DNA of 64,000 bases from Mobula hypostoma. Lineage: Eukaryota. Numbering within the stretch: the stretch's first letter is position 1; each line of letters opens with the position of its first letter. Location: assembly GCF_963921235.1 (NCBI RefSeq), contig NC_086097.1, positions 110,300,001 through 110,364,000 of the forward strand. Reading direction: 5' to 3'. Of this stretch, positions 50,007-62,649 are shown in pieces. The notes under the pieces were generated by a model that saw nothing but the letters and a program-made list of their open reading frames with translations, made no database searches and was not told the DNA's origin. The position numbers and the translations under genes were made by a program.

Positions 50007-52534
50007 AGAGATTCATTAGTGTTTTTTGTACGAATGAGAGAGTTGTCCCATCCCACATGGCTAATGAAATTAGTTTATTCTTCAGGACAATGAGGAGTAA
50101 TCATATCTGAACATGTAGGATCAGTGGGGGGATATTAGGGCAAATACCAAGATGCTTCTATTGGAAGCATGAGCATGTAGACATAGTCAAAGGATTAAGA
50201 AGTGGTCATTTAAAACTGAGCTATTTGGGTATCTTTTGAATGCCATGGGGTGCCTGCTGCAAATGATTGAAGTCTCGGAAGCAGATTCTAACACACTTCC
50301 GTCTGATAGACTGTGACTTTTATGTTGGCTTTGAGGACTTGATCTTCAAACAGTCACACTGAACAAAATGATACATTTCATTATTTGTTATCAGCTATCT
50401 TCTTTGAGACTCAGCTCCCACTCTGTAAAAAGTGAACAATGTTGGAGCTCAGCTTCTTAACATATACGTTTGTACATACATAAGCATCTTCTACATCTTG
50501 TAGCTCATTGACTAAAGTTGGTTCGAGAAGTCTTGTTTCTAGAATGGAAACAATGCAGATTGAATAATCTTCCATTAGTGTTGAAGATTAGCACAATTCC
50601 AGCAGAGAGATTCTTTAAATGAAGAGTGCTGAGGTGAGAAAAAGCGAATGGTAACAGAGCAATGATGTTTAAAGCTTAGCAAACATCTGCACTGAGATAG
50701 GGTTGAATAGATCTGTTTGGAAAATGTCAGGAAGAAAACTTCAGATGAGGATGGTTTCTTTCAGGCAACCAAATGAGAGGAGTTTCCTCCATAGTTTCTC
50801 TCAACTGACACAGTTTCTTGTGGGCAGAACTCACTTTGTGATTAGAACATTGTGATGTAGGTGGCTACCATTAGTAACCACACTCACCTACATTTATTCA
50901 AATACACTCAGCAGTAAATGTTTGGTTACATATTCCTACACCACTGGTAGCAGGAACATTGGGAAGAGTCCAGTCAGGAAGAGCAACCAGACTATCACCC
51001 AGGAGCAGGGTAGCAAAACAGTGTGCAAGGGCTGCAAATAAACCAGAAACAATTGGCCACACACGGGAAACATGGGCAAGTATGCCCAGTGACAGAGCAG
51101 GATCTAATATTCAGAGGGAGGAAATCAGGAGATGGGATAGGAGAATTGGAGGATAGGTTATGCTACAGGATGATGGGGTCTAATGGCAGATGAGAGCATG
51201 GCAAGCAAGGATTGTGGCCTCCCCCTGCATCAAGGATACTTCAAAAAGTGATGATATAAACAGGCAGCATCCATCGTTAAGGAAACCATCACCTAGGACA
51301 TGCCCTCTTGTCATTGCTACCATTAAGGAGGAGGTACAGGAACCTGAAGACACACACTCAATATTTCAGGAATGGCTTCTTCCCCTCTGCCATCAGAATG
51401 GACAATGAACCCATGAACACTACCTCACTTTATTTTATTACTATGTATTGTAATGAACTGTTGGCACTAAACAACACATTTCACAACATGCGCCAGTAAT
51501 ATTAAACCTGATTCTGATCTGATAGTCAATGTACTGTATGTGCATCAATCTAGCTATTATATGTGCCATTTTGTGTATAAGGATTCATATCCACACAGTA
51601 GAGTATGGCCTTAGACAGCTTACCATGAACCTTACTCATTCTAACCCCTATCCTGCATTAAACACGGAAGCGGCTTTCTCTTCTTAATATGTGATTAAAT
51701 TTAAAATTCATTGGAGCATGAATCTTATCTGCAGAAACTAAACGCTGGAGAGAAAGCATTAAACACCCCCACTTAACTTCAATATTTAGTAAATTCAAAG
51801 GATTCAAAGTATATCTCTTATCAAGATATGTATAATTTATATAATCTTGAGATTCGTCTGCTTACTGGCAGCCATAAAGCAAGAAACCTGAAAGAACCCA
51901 ATTAAAAAAGAGACCAACACCCAATGAGCAGAAAAAGAGGGGAAAAAACACAAATCATGTAAACAATAGAAGTAAACAACAACACTCCAAACCAAATTGA
52001 GTCCGTAGACACAAATCCCGAAGCAGATGGGATAGGCCCAAAGCTTCAGTCTCAGTTCATCATCTCGCGGGGCAAATCACCGCAAAGCTCGCAGGCACAA
52101 AATACGTAGCAGTCCACAGCCTTGGCACCGCGGAGACGAGGAGTGAACATTGCGGAAGAGTGAGCAGAAGCGAGCCAGACTGATTAGTTTATTATTGTCA
52201 CATGTTCTAGGGTACTGTGAAAAACCATGTCATTGGTACAGATAACTTCATAATAACAGTGCAATGAGGGAGAACAAAGCGCTTGGAAAGTATAGGGGGG
52301 ATGTCAGAGGGACGTTCCTTTACACAGAGAGGGGTGGGTACGTGGAACACACTGCCAGGGTGATTGGAGAGTAAGATATATTAGGGACATTTAAGAAACT
52401 TTTAGACAGGTGCATGGATGATAGAAAAATGGAGGGCTATGTAGGAAGGTAGGGTTAGATTGATCTTAAAGTAGGTTAAAAGGTTGACACAACACCATGA
52501 GCAAAGGGCCTGTACTGTGTTCCATGTTCTATCT

Positions 52535-54690
52535 GTTATGTTTGTGGTACTGGGAAGCCAGGTGGCTGTGAATAACACACAGGAGAAACGGAGAGGTGAG
52601 AAACAAACATGCTTCCGCTTATTTTACTGTAAGTCATCTACACAGAATCCCCTCTCATGTTACATTCAGTACGGGGAAGCTCAATATCAACCCAGAAGGA
52701 TCAACATACTGTATACGTGAATATATTACGTATCCTCCCCTCTTCTTTTAAAGGTTTCTCCCCCTTCCCTACACAGACCAGCTGCTGAACCATTAACATT
52801 CAATGGAGTAATCATCAAATTCAACCAACAACAGAAAATATTTTTTTCTGAACTAGGAAAAGAGGGTAGACTGCCTCTATGCCCAGACATAACCCTAGGG
52901 GTTATTCTGTCCCATGTGTGGAAAGTTAGTCACAAAACTGGAGATTCAATCTGTCTGGAGGTCGCCTGTTCCTGTGAGGGAACTGACGACCTGGAGGATG
53001 ACGCCAAAGACATTTTATCTCTTGGTGGTGTATGTATAGATCTTGACTTGGGCACTGCATTGTCAGTAGGGAGAATACTCAGAAAGCACAGGTGATGGAG
53101 GAGCAGTGCCTGTGTTATTTGATCTTAACAGAAGTTTTGTAGTTGTTGTCTCAGAATCCTGTCCCATTTCTACAGCTGGATCCGGATTGGTCAGTTTGTG
53201 TTGGGTTTCAGTAGCTTCAGAGTGGGAACAGCTGATCAACTTGTCTTCTCCAGATGTTGTGGTTACTAGTTTCCACTGTGTATGACACATTACCAGTTTG
53301 TACCACCACTGTCACAAGTATCAACTCTGTTCCAGAGATGTAGTTCCGGGCAAGTACACTCTCTCCTGTAGTGAAACTTTTGTACTAATTTGGCACATCT
53401 CTCTGCTTGGGTTTTCTGTTCATTTAGCACAATCTGGTTTTTTTGGGGGTCTAAGCAGGTTAAGCCAGTGTTTTCATCAGTGCAGCAGCTGGTGCCATTT
53501 TGGTGGTGGTGTGAGGTGTGTTATGATATGTCAGCAAGAAAGGTTGAGGGATCCACTTCCCACTGAAGAGTTGAGGGCTTGTTTCAATGTTTGTACGAAT
53601 CATTCAGCAGAGCCATGAGTGACTGGGTGATATGGTGCTGACTTGATGTGCTGAATACCATTTGCTCCCATAAATGGCTTGAACTCTTCAGACAGGGGTT
53701 TTGAGCCATTGTCACTTACAAGCTGCTGAGGAAGTCCAAAACAGCTGAAGATGGAGTGTAGCTCCTCAATGCATTTTTCAGATGTAATGCTCTTCGTGAT
53801 GGCAGCATCAGGCCATTTGCTGTGTCTGTCCACTATGACCAAGAACATGGTCTACTGGTCCTGCAAAATCTATGTGAATCCTCTGCCATGGTTCTTCAGA
53901 CCATTCTCATGGATGCAGAGGAGCAAGCTGAGGAACATTTCTCATTCACTGTCAATGTGAGTATGCTTTGGCTTTTTCTTCAATAGTTACATCCAGTCCA
54001 GGTTATCAGAAGTAGCTGCATGCAATTTCTTTCATATGCACTATGCCACAGTGTTCTGCATGTCGCTGGTCAAGCATATGTTTTCTTAATGGTGGGGAAC
54101 GACAACACAGTAGCCCCATAGTAAACATCTTGTTTGGACTTGCTTCCATCGAGCCTGGTAAGGTTTCATTTCTATGGTTGTTTCTGCTTTTGGTTCATGA
54201 GTTACCACGTCCACCACTCTAGATAGAACAGGGTCAGTACGTGTGTGTTTCTAGAATTGCACCAGAGTTATCAGAGCTGTAGGTACTTCCTTGAAGTAAA
54301 AGATCTCTTCAGGAGATGTCTCTGGAGCTGTAACAGCTAAGGAAAGTCTGGATAGTCCATCAGCTTTCAAATGGTACCTGGACCTCCTGTACTTTATATC
54401 ATATTGATGTGCAGATAGTAACAGAGCCCAATGATGCATTTGACTAGCAACCCATTTTAGCGGACCAAAAATTAACATCAGTAGTGTAAATCATCAACCA
54501 AAGAGGAATCAATGGAATTTCTTAACTCCAAATACAATTACAAGTGCTTCCCACACAATCTAGCCATACTGGCTTTCTGCCTTGTTTAATGTCCTTGATG
54601 CAAAAGCAACTGGATGCTCTTCACCCATTATGACATCTTAGATAGCTGTCCCCACACTGTAGGGTGATGCATCGCAGGACAGCTGTATGT
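52535..54690 (-). mobile_element. Gypsy LTR retrotransposon relic (RNase H-integrase-PPT-LTR)
   Basis: ORF 53600-53848 (FLVIVDRHSKWP, LVSDNG, SAPYHP), ORF 54251-54478 (WALLLSAHQYDIKY, ADGLSRL) and a CDASPY motif at about 54670. Purine tract at about 52732-52745. Confidence 0.8.
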
Positions 54691-54699
54691 GCAATGACA

Positions 54700-55565
54700 A
54701 TATGATTTAAAAGAAAACAGTAACAGGATGCAGAAAGAGCTGCTGCAATTACAGAGAAAGTCAGTACAGACAGGCAATAAGATGCAAAGCTGTAATGAGA
54801 AGGTTTGTGAGCTCAAAAGTCATATCATAGGGAACAGTGGGATAAAAGCTGTCTTTGAACCTGCCAGTACATTCATTCGGGCTTTAGAAACTTCTGCCTG
54901 ATGGGAAGGGCGAGAAGTCCAGGGTGAATGGAATCTTTGATTATGCTATTTGCTTTACCAAAGCAGAGAGAAGTGTAGACAGAGGAGAGGCTGGTTTCTG
55001 TGATGTGCTGAGTTGTGTCTGCAACTCTACAGCTTCTTGAAGTCATAGGCTGAACATCTGGATAGAATTGGTGAGGGGGAAATGGAATGGAATTTATCTA
55101 GCCTCTTGAGGAAGTAGGGGTGCTGGTAAAGTTTCTAATGGCATTGTTGGGCCAGAGCTGGCTATTGGTGATGTTCACTTGAAGTACTCAATCTTCCCAG
55201 CCTCAGCACCATTGATGTAAACAGGGCTGTGCGTGCACTACCCCACTTCCTGAAGTCAATGACCAGCTCTTTTGTTTTGCTGACGTCGAGGGACACCACG
55301 CCACTAGTCTCTCTATCGCTACCCTGTACTCCAACTCATCGTTATTTGAGATTCAGTTCACAAAAATGATGCCACTTGAAAACTAGTGCATGGAGTTAGA
55401 GCAGAATCTGCCTTAGCATCCGTGAGTGTATTGGGAGAAGATTTAGGGGCTGAGTATGCAGATTCATAGGGCAGCAATGTTCAGGAACGTTGTGGCAGAA
55501 TTATTGCTACCTATCCCGACTGATTGCTTTTTTTTATGGTCAGGAAGTCAAGGATCTAATTGAAA
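54700..55565 (-). mobile_element. Decayed Rex1/Babar-like fragment
   Basis: Nucleotide similarity to 10300-10820 (ttcctgaagtcaatgacc, gtcaggaagtcaaggatc). Confidence 0.6.
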
Positions 55566-55616
55566 AGCAGGGTCTAAGAGTTTGGAGATGTATTGCATCT
55601 GCTTGTGAAGTAAACC

Positions 55617-55747
55617 AGCAACACACACAAAATACTGAAGGGACTTAGCAAGCCAGGCAGCCGAAGGGTCTTGGCCTGAAACGTTGACTGTTTACTCTTT
55701 TCCATAGATGCTGCCAGGCCTGCTGAGTTCCTCCAGCATTCTCTTGT
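55617..55747. mobile_element. Mini fold-back element made of two opposed PLE termini
   Basis: Flanked by the 14-bp direct repeat TTGTGAAGTAAACC (55603-55616, 55748-55761). Confidence 0.7.
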
Positions 55748-56970
55748 TTGTGAAGTAAACCTGTGTTCATTTTTCAGGAACTGGACATCATTGGCAGGTC
55801 CAACATTTGGTTTTCACCTCTAATAGCCCTTGAGAAGGTCATCATGAACCACTTTGATTGAACTAAGGTGGTCCTGGTGAAGGTATTCTCAGAGTGTTGT
55901 TAGATAGGGTTTTCCAGAATTTAGACACAGCAGTGACGAAAGATCAATGATAAATTTCCAAATCAAATAGTGTGTGGAGGGGGAAAGTAAACTGCAGGAG
56001 ATGGCATTCTCATATGCAAGCTTCTCTTATTCCTTTTGGTGGTAGAGGTGGCAGGTTTGAGATGTGCTGGTGGAATAGCCAGACCAAATAACTGCAATGT
56101 ATTTTGTCTACGATGCACACTTTTTGCTGGTGATGGAGAAAATGTGTGTTTAAGATAGGTAATGGAATGCTAAACAAATAGGCTGTTCTGTTTGCTTTGT
56201 CTTAGGCTTCTTGAGTGTCATTGGCACTGCTTTCATCCAGGCAAGTGGAAAGTCGTTCACCCCATTGCTGGCTTGGTACTTATTCATTGTGGGAGATCTG
56301 AGGATCAGGACGTTAGTCACTTGTAGAGGATACCCAGCCTCTGAACTTCAAAGTAGATTTGTTATCAAAGAATGTATAAATTATACGCCCTTGAGATTTG
56401 TTTGCTTACAAGCAAAGCAAGCAACCCGAAAGAACCCAATTTTTAAAAAATAAGACCAACCCTGCCAGTGCTCACGGAGAAAGAGAAAAAAAAAACGAAC
56501 AAATCATGCAAACAACAGAAGCATTCTGAACCAAATTGAGTCCTTAGATCCAAATCCTCAGAGCAGCCCAAAGTAGGCTATCATATTAGCGGAGCAAATC
56601 ACCGCAAAGTTCACAGACACAAAGCACAGCAGTCTCAAAGCCTTAGTGCGGTGGAAAGAGGAGGCCCAAGACTATCTAGGGCGGTGTTTAAGCTGTCCAA
56701 GCCTTGCACTAGGACCCGGTCCCGCCACCAGCAAATCGCTTTGGGCCTAGATTTCGCCACCTGAGAAGCCGCTCAGTTCGGCACCCAGAGTGATCCAACC
56801 TCGCCAACTCTCGACACCTTGTATTTCAAGTCTATCTGGGCCGACGTTGTCACAATGGGTGGGCATTGGGAGCAAGGGTGGACCCAAATACAAGACACAT
56901 CTTGTGAGCAACACACATCAAAGTTGCTGGTGAACGCAGCAGGCCAGGCAGCATCTCTGGGAAGAGGTGC

Positions 56971-57006
56971 AGTCGACGTTTCAGGCCGAGACCCTTCGTC
57001 AGGACT
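56971..57006 (-). ncRNA. Minimal type I hammerhead ribozyme motif
   Basis: Minus strand reads AGUC-CUGACGA-AGG-GUCUCGG-CCU-GAAAC-GUC-GACU. Confidence 0.8.
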
Positions 57007-57296
57007 AACTGAAGGAAGAGTGAGTAAGGGATTTGAAAGTTGGAGGGGGAGGGGGAGATCCAAAATGATAGGAGAAGACAGGAGGGGGAGGGATAGAGCC
57101 AAGAGCTGGACAGGTGATAGGCAAAAGGGATATGAGAGGATCATGGGACAGGATCATGGGAAGAAGGACAAGGGGGCGGTACCCAGAGGTGGGCAAGGGG
57201 TATATTCAGAGGGACAGAGGGAGAAAAAGGAGAGTGAGAGAAAGAATGTGTTTATAAAAATAAGTAACAGATGGGGTACGAGGGGGAGATGGGGCC

Positions 57297-59663
57297 TTAG
57301 CGGAAGTTAGAGAAGTCGATGTTCATGCCATCAGGTTGGAGGCTACCCAGACGGAATATAAGGTGTTGTTCCTCCAACCTGAGTGTGGCTTCATCTTTAC
57401 AGTAGAGGAGGCCGTGGACAGACATGCCAGAATGGGAATGGGATGTGGAATTAAAATGTGTGGCCACTGGGAGATCCTGCTTTCTCTGGCGGACAGAGCG
57501 TAGATGTTCAGCAAAGCGGTCTCCCAGTCTGCGTCGGGTCTCGCCAATATATAGAAAGCCACATCGGGAGCACCGGACGCAGTATATCACCCCAGTCAAC
57601 TCACAGGTGAAGTGTTGCCTCACCTGGAAGGACTGTTTGGGGCCCTGAATGGTGGTAAGGGAGGAAGTGTAAGGGCATGTGTAGCACTTGTTCCACTTAC
57701 ACGGATAAGTGCCAGGAGGGAGATCAGTGGGGAGGGATGGGGGAGACGAATGGACAAGGGAGTTGCGTAGGGAGCGATCCCTGCGGAATGCAGAGAGAGG
57801 GAGGGAGGGAAAGATGTGCTTAGTGGTGGGATCCTGTTGGAGGTGGCGGAAGTTACGGAGAATAATATGTTGGACCCGGAGGCTGGTGGGGTGGTAGGTG
57901 AGGACCAGGGGAACCCTATTCCTAGTGGGGTGGCGGGAGGATGGAGTGAGAGCAGATGTACTTGAAATGGGGGAGATGCATTTAAGAGCAGAGTTGATAG
58001 TGGAGGAAGGGAAGCCCCTTTCTTTAAAAAAGGAAGACATCTCCTTAGTCCTAGAATGAAAAGCCTCATCCTGAGAGCAGATGCGGCGGAGACGGAGGAA
58101 TTGCGAGAAGGAGATGGCGTTTTTGCAAGAGACAGGGTGAGAAGAGGAATAGTCCAGATAGCTGTGAGAGTCAGTAGGCTTATAGTAGACATCAGTGGAT
58201 AAGCTGTCTCCAGAGACAGAGACAGAAAGATCTAGAAAGGGGAGGGAGGTGTCGGAAATGGACCAGGTAAACTTGAGGGCAGGGTGAAAGTTGGAGGCAA
58301 AGTTAATAAAGTCAATGAGTTCTGCATGCGTGCAGGAAGCAGCGCCAATGCAGTCGTCGATGTAGCGAAGGAAAAGTGGGGGACAGATACCAGAATAGGC
58401 ACGGAACATAAATTGTTTCACAAACCGAACAAAAAGGCAGGCATAGCTAGGACCCATATGGGTGCCCATAGCTACACCTTTAGTTTGGAGGAAGTGGGAG
58501 GAGCCAAGGGAGAAAGTATTAAGAGTAAGGACTAATTCTGCTAGACGGAGCAGAGTGGTGGTAGAGGGAAACTGATTGGGTCTGGAATCCAAAAAGAAGC
58601 GAAGAGCTTTGAGACCATCCTGATGGGGGATGGAAGTATATAAGGACTGGACATCCATGGTGAAAATAAAGCGGTGGGGGCCAGGGAACTTAAAATCATC
58701 GAACAGTTTAAGAGCGTGAGAAGTGTCACGCACATAGGTCGGAAGGGATTGAACAAGGGGGGATAAAACCGTGTCGAGGTATGCAGAAACGAGCTTGATG
58801 GGACAGGAGCAAGCTGAGACAATAGGTCGGCCAGGACAGGCAGGCTTGTGGATCTTGGGTAGGAGGTAGAAACGGGAAGTGCGGGGTGTGGGAACTATAA
58901 GGTTGGTAGCAGTGGATGGGAGATCCCCTGAGCGGATAAAGTCAGTGATGGCGTGGGAGACAATGGCCTGGTGCTCCTTAGTGGGGTCACGATCGAGGGG
59001 TAAATAAGAGGAGGTATCCGTGAGTTGTCGCTGTGCCTCGGCAAGGTAGAGGTCAGTATGCCAGACTACAACAGCACCCCCCTTATCAGCGGGTTTAATA
59101 ATAAGGTTAGAATTAGTGCGGAGGGAGTAGAGAGCAGAGCGTTCCGAAGGAGTGAGGTTGGAATGGGGACAAGGTGCGGTGAAGTCGAGACGGTTGATGT
59201 CCCGTCGGCAATTAGCAATAAAGAGATCCAGAGCAGGCAGAAGACCAGAGCGGGGTGTCCATGAAGAAGAGGAGGGTTGAAGACGGGAGAAGGGGTCATC
59301 GGTGGGGGTGGAAGAGTCCTTGCCGAAGAAGTAGGCTCGGAGTCGGAGACGGCGGAGGAAGAGTTCCGCATCATGGCGAACACAGAACTCGCTGAGGTAT
59401 GGGCGAAGGGGGACAAAGGTGAGGCCCTTACTGAGGACAGAGCACTCTGCCTCCGACAGTTGAAGGTCGGAGGGGATGGTAAAGACCTGGCACGGATGAC
59501 AGCTGGGATCAGAAGGGGGAGGGGGGAGGCTGGGGGTGTCAGTGGAGAGGGGAGGGTTGGAGTGAGAGGAAAATGGAGCCTCTGAGGGCCCAGGAGCTGA
59601 CGGTGAGATCTGAGGGAGATGGGGTTGCAGAGTGGTGGTGGGGGAAGGGGAGACGGGAGTCAC
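57297..59663 (-). CDS. Penelope-like reverse transcriptase with GIY-YIG endonuclease (788 aa open frame; true start uncertain)
   Basis: PADKGGAVVV, FYLLPKIHK, MDVQSLYTSI, GVAMG, RYIDD, PFLD and YYKPTDSHSYL motifs. Cys-rich linker CKWNKCYTC and the endonuclease motif VIYCVRCSRCGFLYIGET. Confidence 0.93.
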   Translation of the reverse strand: MTPVSPSPTTTLQPHLPQISPSAPGPSEAPFSSHSNPPLSTDTPSLPPPPSDPSCHPCQVFTIPSDLQLSEAECSVLSKGLTFVPLRPYLSEFCVRHDAELFLRRLRLRAYFFGKDSSTPTDDPFSRLQPSSSSWTPRSGLLPALDLFIANCRRDINRLDFTAPCPHSNLTPSERSALYSLRTNSNLIIKPADKGGAVVVWHTDLYLAEAQRQLTDTSSYLPLDRDPTKEHQAIVSHAITDFIRSGDLPSTATNLIVPTPRTSRFYLLPKIHKPACPGRPIVSACSCPIKLVSAYLDTVLSPLVQSLPTYVRDTSHALKLFDDFKFPGPHRFIFTMDVQSLYTSIPHQDGLKALRFFLDSRPNQFPSTTTLLRLAELVLTLNTFSLGSSHFLQTKGVAMGTHMGPSYACLFVRFVKQFMFRAYSGICPPLFLRYIDDCIGAASCTHAELIDFINFASNFHPALKFTWSISDTSLPFLDLSVSVSGDSLSTDVYYKPTDSHSYLDYSSSHPVSCKNAISFSQFLRLRRICSQDEAFHSRTKEMSSFFKERGFPSSTINSALKCISPISSTSALTPSSRHPTRNRVPLVLTYHPTSLRVQHIILRNFRHLQQDPTTKHIFPSLPLSAFRRDRSLRNSLVHSSPPSLPTDLPPGTYPCKWNKCYTCPYTSSLTTIQGPKQSFQVRQHFTCELTGVIYCVRCSRCGFLYIGETRRRLGDRFAEHLRSVRQRKQDLPVATHFNSTSHSHSGMSVHGLLYCKDEATLRLEEQHLIFRLGSLQPDGMNIDFSNFR

Positions 59664-62224
59664 AATAGCAGCACATAAAGACCCGGCCTGGAGTTCAAGG
59701 CTGGAGTCGCAGTTGGTAGTTGCACAATCACTTTGAATGTCTCCATGGTTGTTGCTGGAGTCCGGGTTTTGAATATGCCCTGGGGTGTTGGAGCCGGTGA
59801 GATCAATGGCAGAAGCCGCAATCTGAAGTTCATGCCTGCTAGTTTCATGGCCAGCAGGCTCTTGTGAGGTTACTTAGATTTAGTTTATTGTTTGATACCA
59901 GGAGAGCAAGGCAGGAGCAGGAATAGCAAACTGGACAAGGACTCAGGACTACCACTAGGCTGGGACCAAGGGTCTGGGCTTGGACTCAGAATCGGATCCC
60001 AGAACTAGAGGAGACATGAAGAGGCTTGGGTATGGACTCCGAGCCAGAGACTGGGCAAGGACCCAGTACCCGGGTCTTGCTTCGGGCTCAGATCCCAGAA
60101 CCAGGCATGGACATGACATGGGCTAGGGAGAGGAGGAACATGGAAACACTGAGCCTCGGTCTCGGGAGAACAGGTACATGGAACCATGGACACATACACA
60201 GAACACAGAGCCGGGACCCCTCCTTGGGTACAGGACATAAGGCCGGGACTCACGTACAGAACACAGAGCCGGGACCCCTCCTTGGGTACAGGACATAAGG
60301 CCGGGACTCACGTACAGAACACAGAGTCGGGACCCCTCCTTGGGTACAGGACATAAGGCCGGGACTTACACACAGAACAGAGAGCCGGGACCCCTCCTTG
60401 GGTACAGGACATAGGGCCGGGACTCATATTCAGCAGGACACTAACATGAGACTGGACAGTACAAAACAACGACAGGCAGATCCTATCTTGCTCCTGCGAT
60501 AGAACTAGACAGAGGTGCAGGCGAGGGCTAGAGGCAAGGGCTAGAGGAGGGAGGAGCAGAGAAGGGATTCAGACAGGAGGTATGGACAGGAATCACGGTC
60601 TGCCAGGGCCAGAACTTGAGACTTGGATGCCGCCAGGGTCAGGACTTGACTCGGTACTTGGATGCCGCCAGGGCCAGGACATGGTACTTGGAACTGCCAG
60701 GGCCGGGACGTGGTACTTGGAGCCTCCGGGTAGTGGCGAGCTCTAGACTCGGCCTGGGAACAGTAGACAGTGGTTCTTGATTCCCTCCGGCAGGTTAACT
60801 GATGGACCCACCTCGGTGAGGAAACTTTGTAGGCTCGCTTTGGTGAGGTAACTTGACAGGGTTGCTCCAGTGAGGAAAGGCGAATTACCAGCACTCACTT
60901 CAGGCGGAGACTAGGCTTGCTCCGGCCAGATGGCATTGGCACGCCGTACCTTTGGTGACTTTGCAGACGCTCTCGCGCCGAACGACTGAAACCAGGGACT
61001 ATAAACTACCGGTTCAGCCGAGAGTAAGTTGCCTCCAATCACCAAGGCCGAGGGACACAGGAAAACAGGGAACCAAAGGGAAACAGGTAGTCAACGGTCC
61101 GGATCATAACATAAACGAAGTAAATTTAAAGGGACCCCCATCCGGACCATGACAGACGTTTAGATTGGCCAAATGGCGTATTGTACCTCACATTAGGACA
61201 CGGGCCTCAACGTGGTGAATTGCTCTGGGCCTAGAACATGTCACGCAGCAATCGCTTTGGACTTAGGTTTCGCTGCCGAAGAAGCCATACTTGACCTCTC
61301 CAAATCGACTCAACACTTTCAACCTCGCACCCAGGTTAAATAGACAGGTATTGGAACTCTTCTGTCTCATTTTCTCCCCTCTGAATCATCCACTCCAACC
61401 AGCACAGCTCCAACTCCAAGCGTGCGTTGATTTTGCAGCGCACCAGCAGGTAACATCTCGCAAATTCGCTTTGCTTTTGCTCGCTTCTTCATTGTTTGCG
61501 GTGATAGTTTACTACAACTTACTTTTTTAAAAAGTGTTATTAATGATGTTTTTCATCGAATTCCTTTGCTTTTAAACCACCATCTTCATAGTGCCATCTT
61601 AAACTCCACTGCAACTGGTGATCCATAGGGTGTTGTGATGGAAATAATGATAATTCTATGAAATGTTAAGGATAGGCGTTTAGAATCTCTCTTATTGAAC
61701 GTGGTCAGTACCTTCACCTTTGTAGTAGAAATGTGACTTTAACACTTATATCTTCTGAGCAAATACAGCAGATATGAAAAAAGAAACATGACGTAAAGAA
61801 GTTTCAAAAACAGTCCTTCACCACCAAAGAAAATACCCTGAGATCCACTGTGCTTTCCTGTTTCTATTTATGCACTCATACAGTTCTAGCTAAAATTGAA
61901 AATGCCACTTTACAATGCTTATCCCTCTTCTGAAAATCCAAACTTCAGCTAGAAAATAGCCTACAAGAACTTCACTAAAAACTTTGGACTATTACAGTGA
62001 AATTAATGAAATAATATATGTATAACCTCTCACACACTGAGATTCACTGAAAAAACTACCCAGACAGTGAAAAAAAACAATAACAAATGAAATTTTGGGT
62101 ATCCAAAAATGTTGCGTATCTATGTAACCAATTAAAGGGTTGTAACAGGAGGTGTGACTGGTCTGGGATCAAAAAGGCTCAGGAAGCCAGGCAGGATGAA
62201 TGAGATACTAAATAGTGCTTTACA

Positions 62225-62647
62225 CAGAGTAGCCACTTCATTTGGTACCCCTGTACACTTGATCAATAATACAAATATATCTAATCAGCCAATCATGTGG
62301 CAGCAATTCAATGTGTAAAAGCATGCAGACATGGTCAAGAGGTTCATTTGTTGCTCAGACCAAACATCAGAATGCGGAAAAGGGTGATCTAAGTGACCTT
62401 GACCCTGAAATTGTTGTTGGTGCCAGATGGGGTGGCAGTTCTGGGAGCAAAACTGCCTTGTTAATGAGAGAGGTCAGAGGAGAATAGCTAGACTGGTTGG
62501 AGCTGACAGGAAGGCAATAATAACTGAAATAGCCATGTGTTACAACAGTGGTGTGCAGAAGAGCTAAGCAGCAGAGCACCACAAACATACACTTAGAGGG
62601 CACTTCGTTAAGTACAGGAGGTATCTAATAAAGTGGCCACCAAGTGC
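62225..62647 (+). mobile_element. Tc1/mariner-derived non-autonomous DNA transposon
   Basis: Imperfect TIRs gtagccacttcatt...aataaagtggccac; homologous to 11743-12167. Confidence 0.75.
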
Positions 62648-62649
62648 AT

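Larger units (their letters stand above)
56909..59859 (-). mobile_element. Penelope-like element (Neptune type), near full-length
   Basis: Long RT+GIY-YIG ORF, a 3' hammerhead motif and a 9-bp TSD TCTTGTGAG (56900-56908, 59860-59868). Confidence 0.95.
56848..61154 (-). mobile_element. Solo LTR, copy 2 (56848-56908 + 59860-61154), interrupted by a PLE
   Basis: Reverse complement of 1349-2680, with TGTCA/TGACA ends and a perfect TSD GACGT (56843-56847, 61155-61159). Confidence 0.92.
56345..61602 (-). mobile_element. Non-autonomous LINE-tail element split by LTR+PLE (56345-56847 and 61160-61602)
   Basis: Tail cttcaaagtagatttgttatcaaag at the left end and AAGATGGC (minus) at about 61600. Homologous to 51800-52180. 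Confidence 0.55.
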
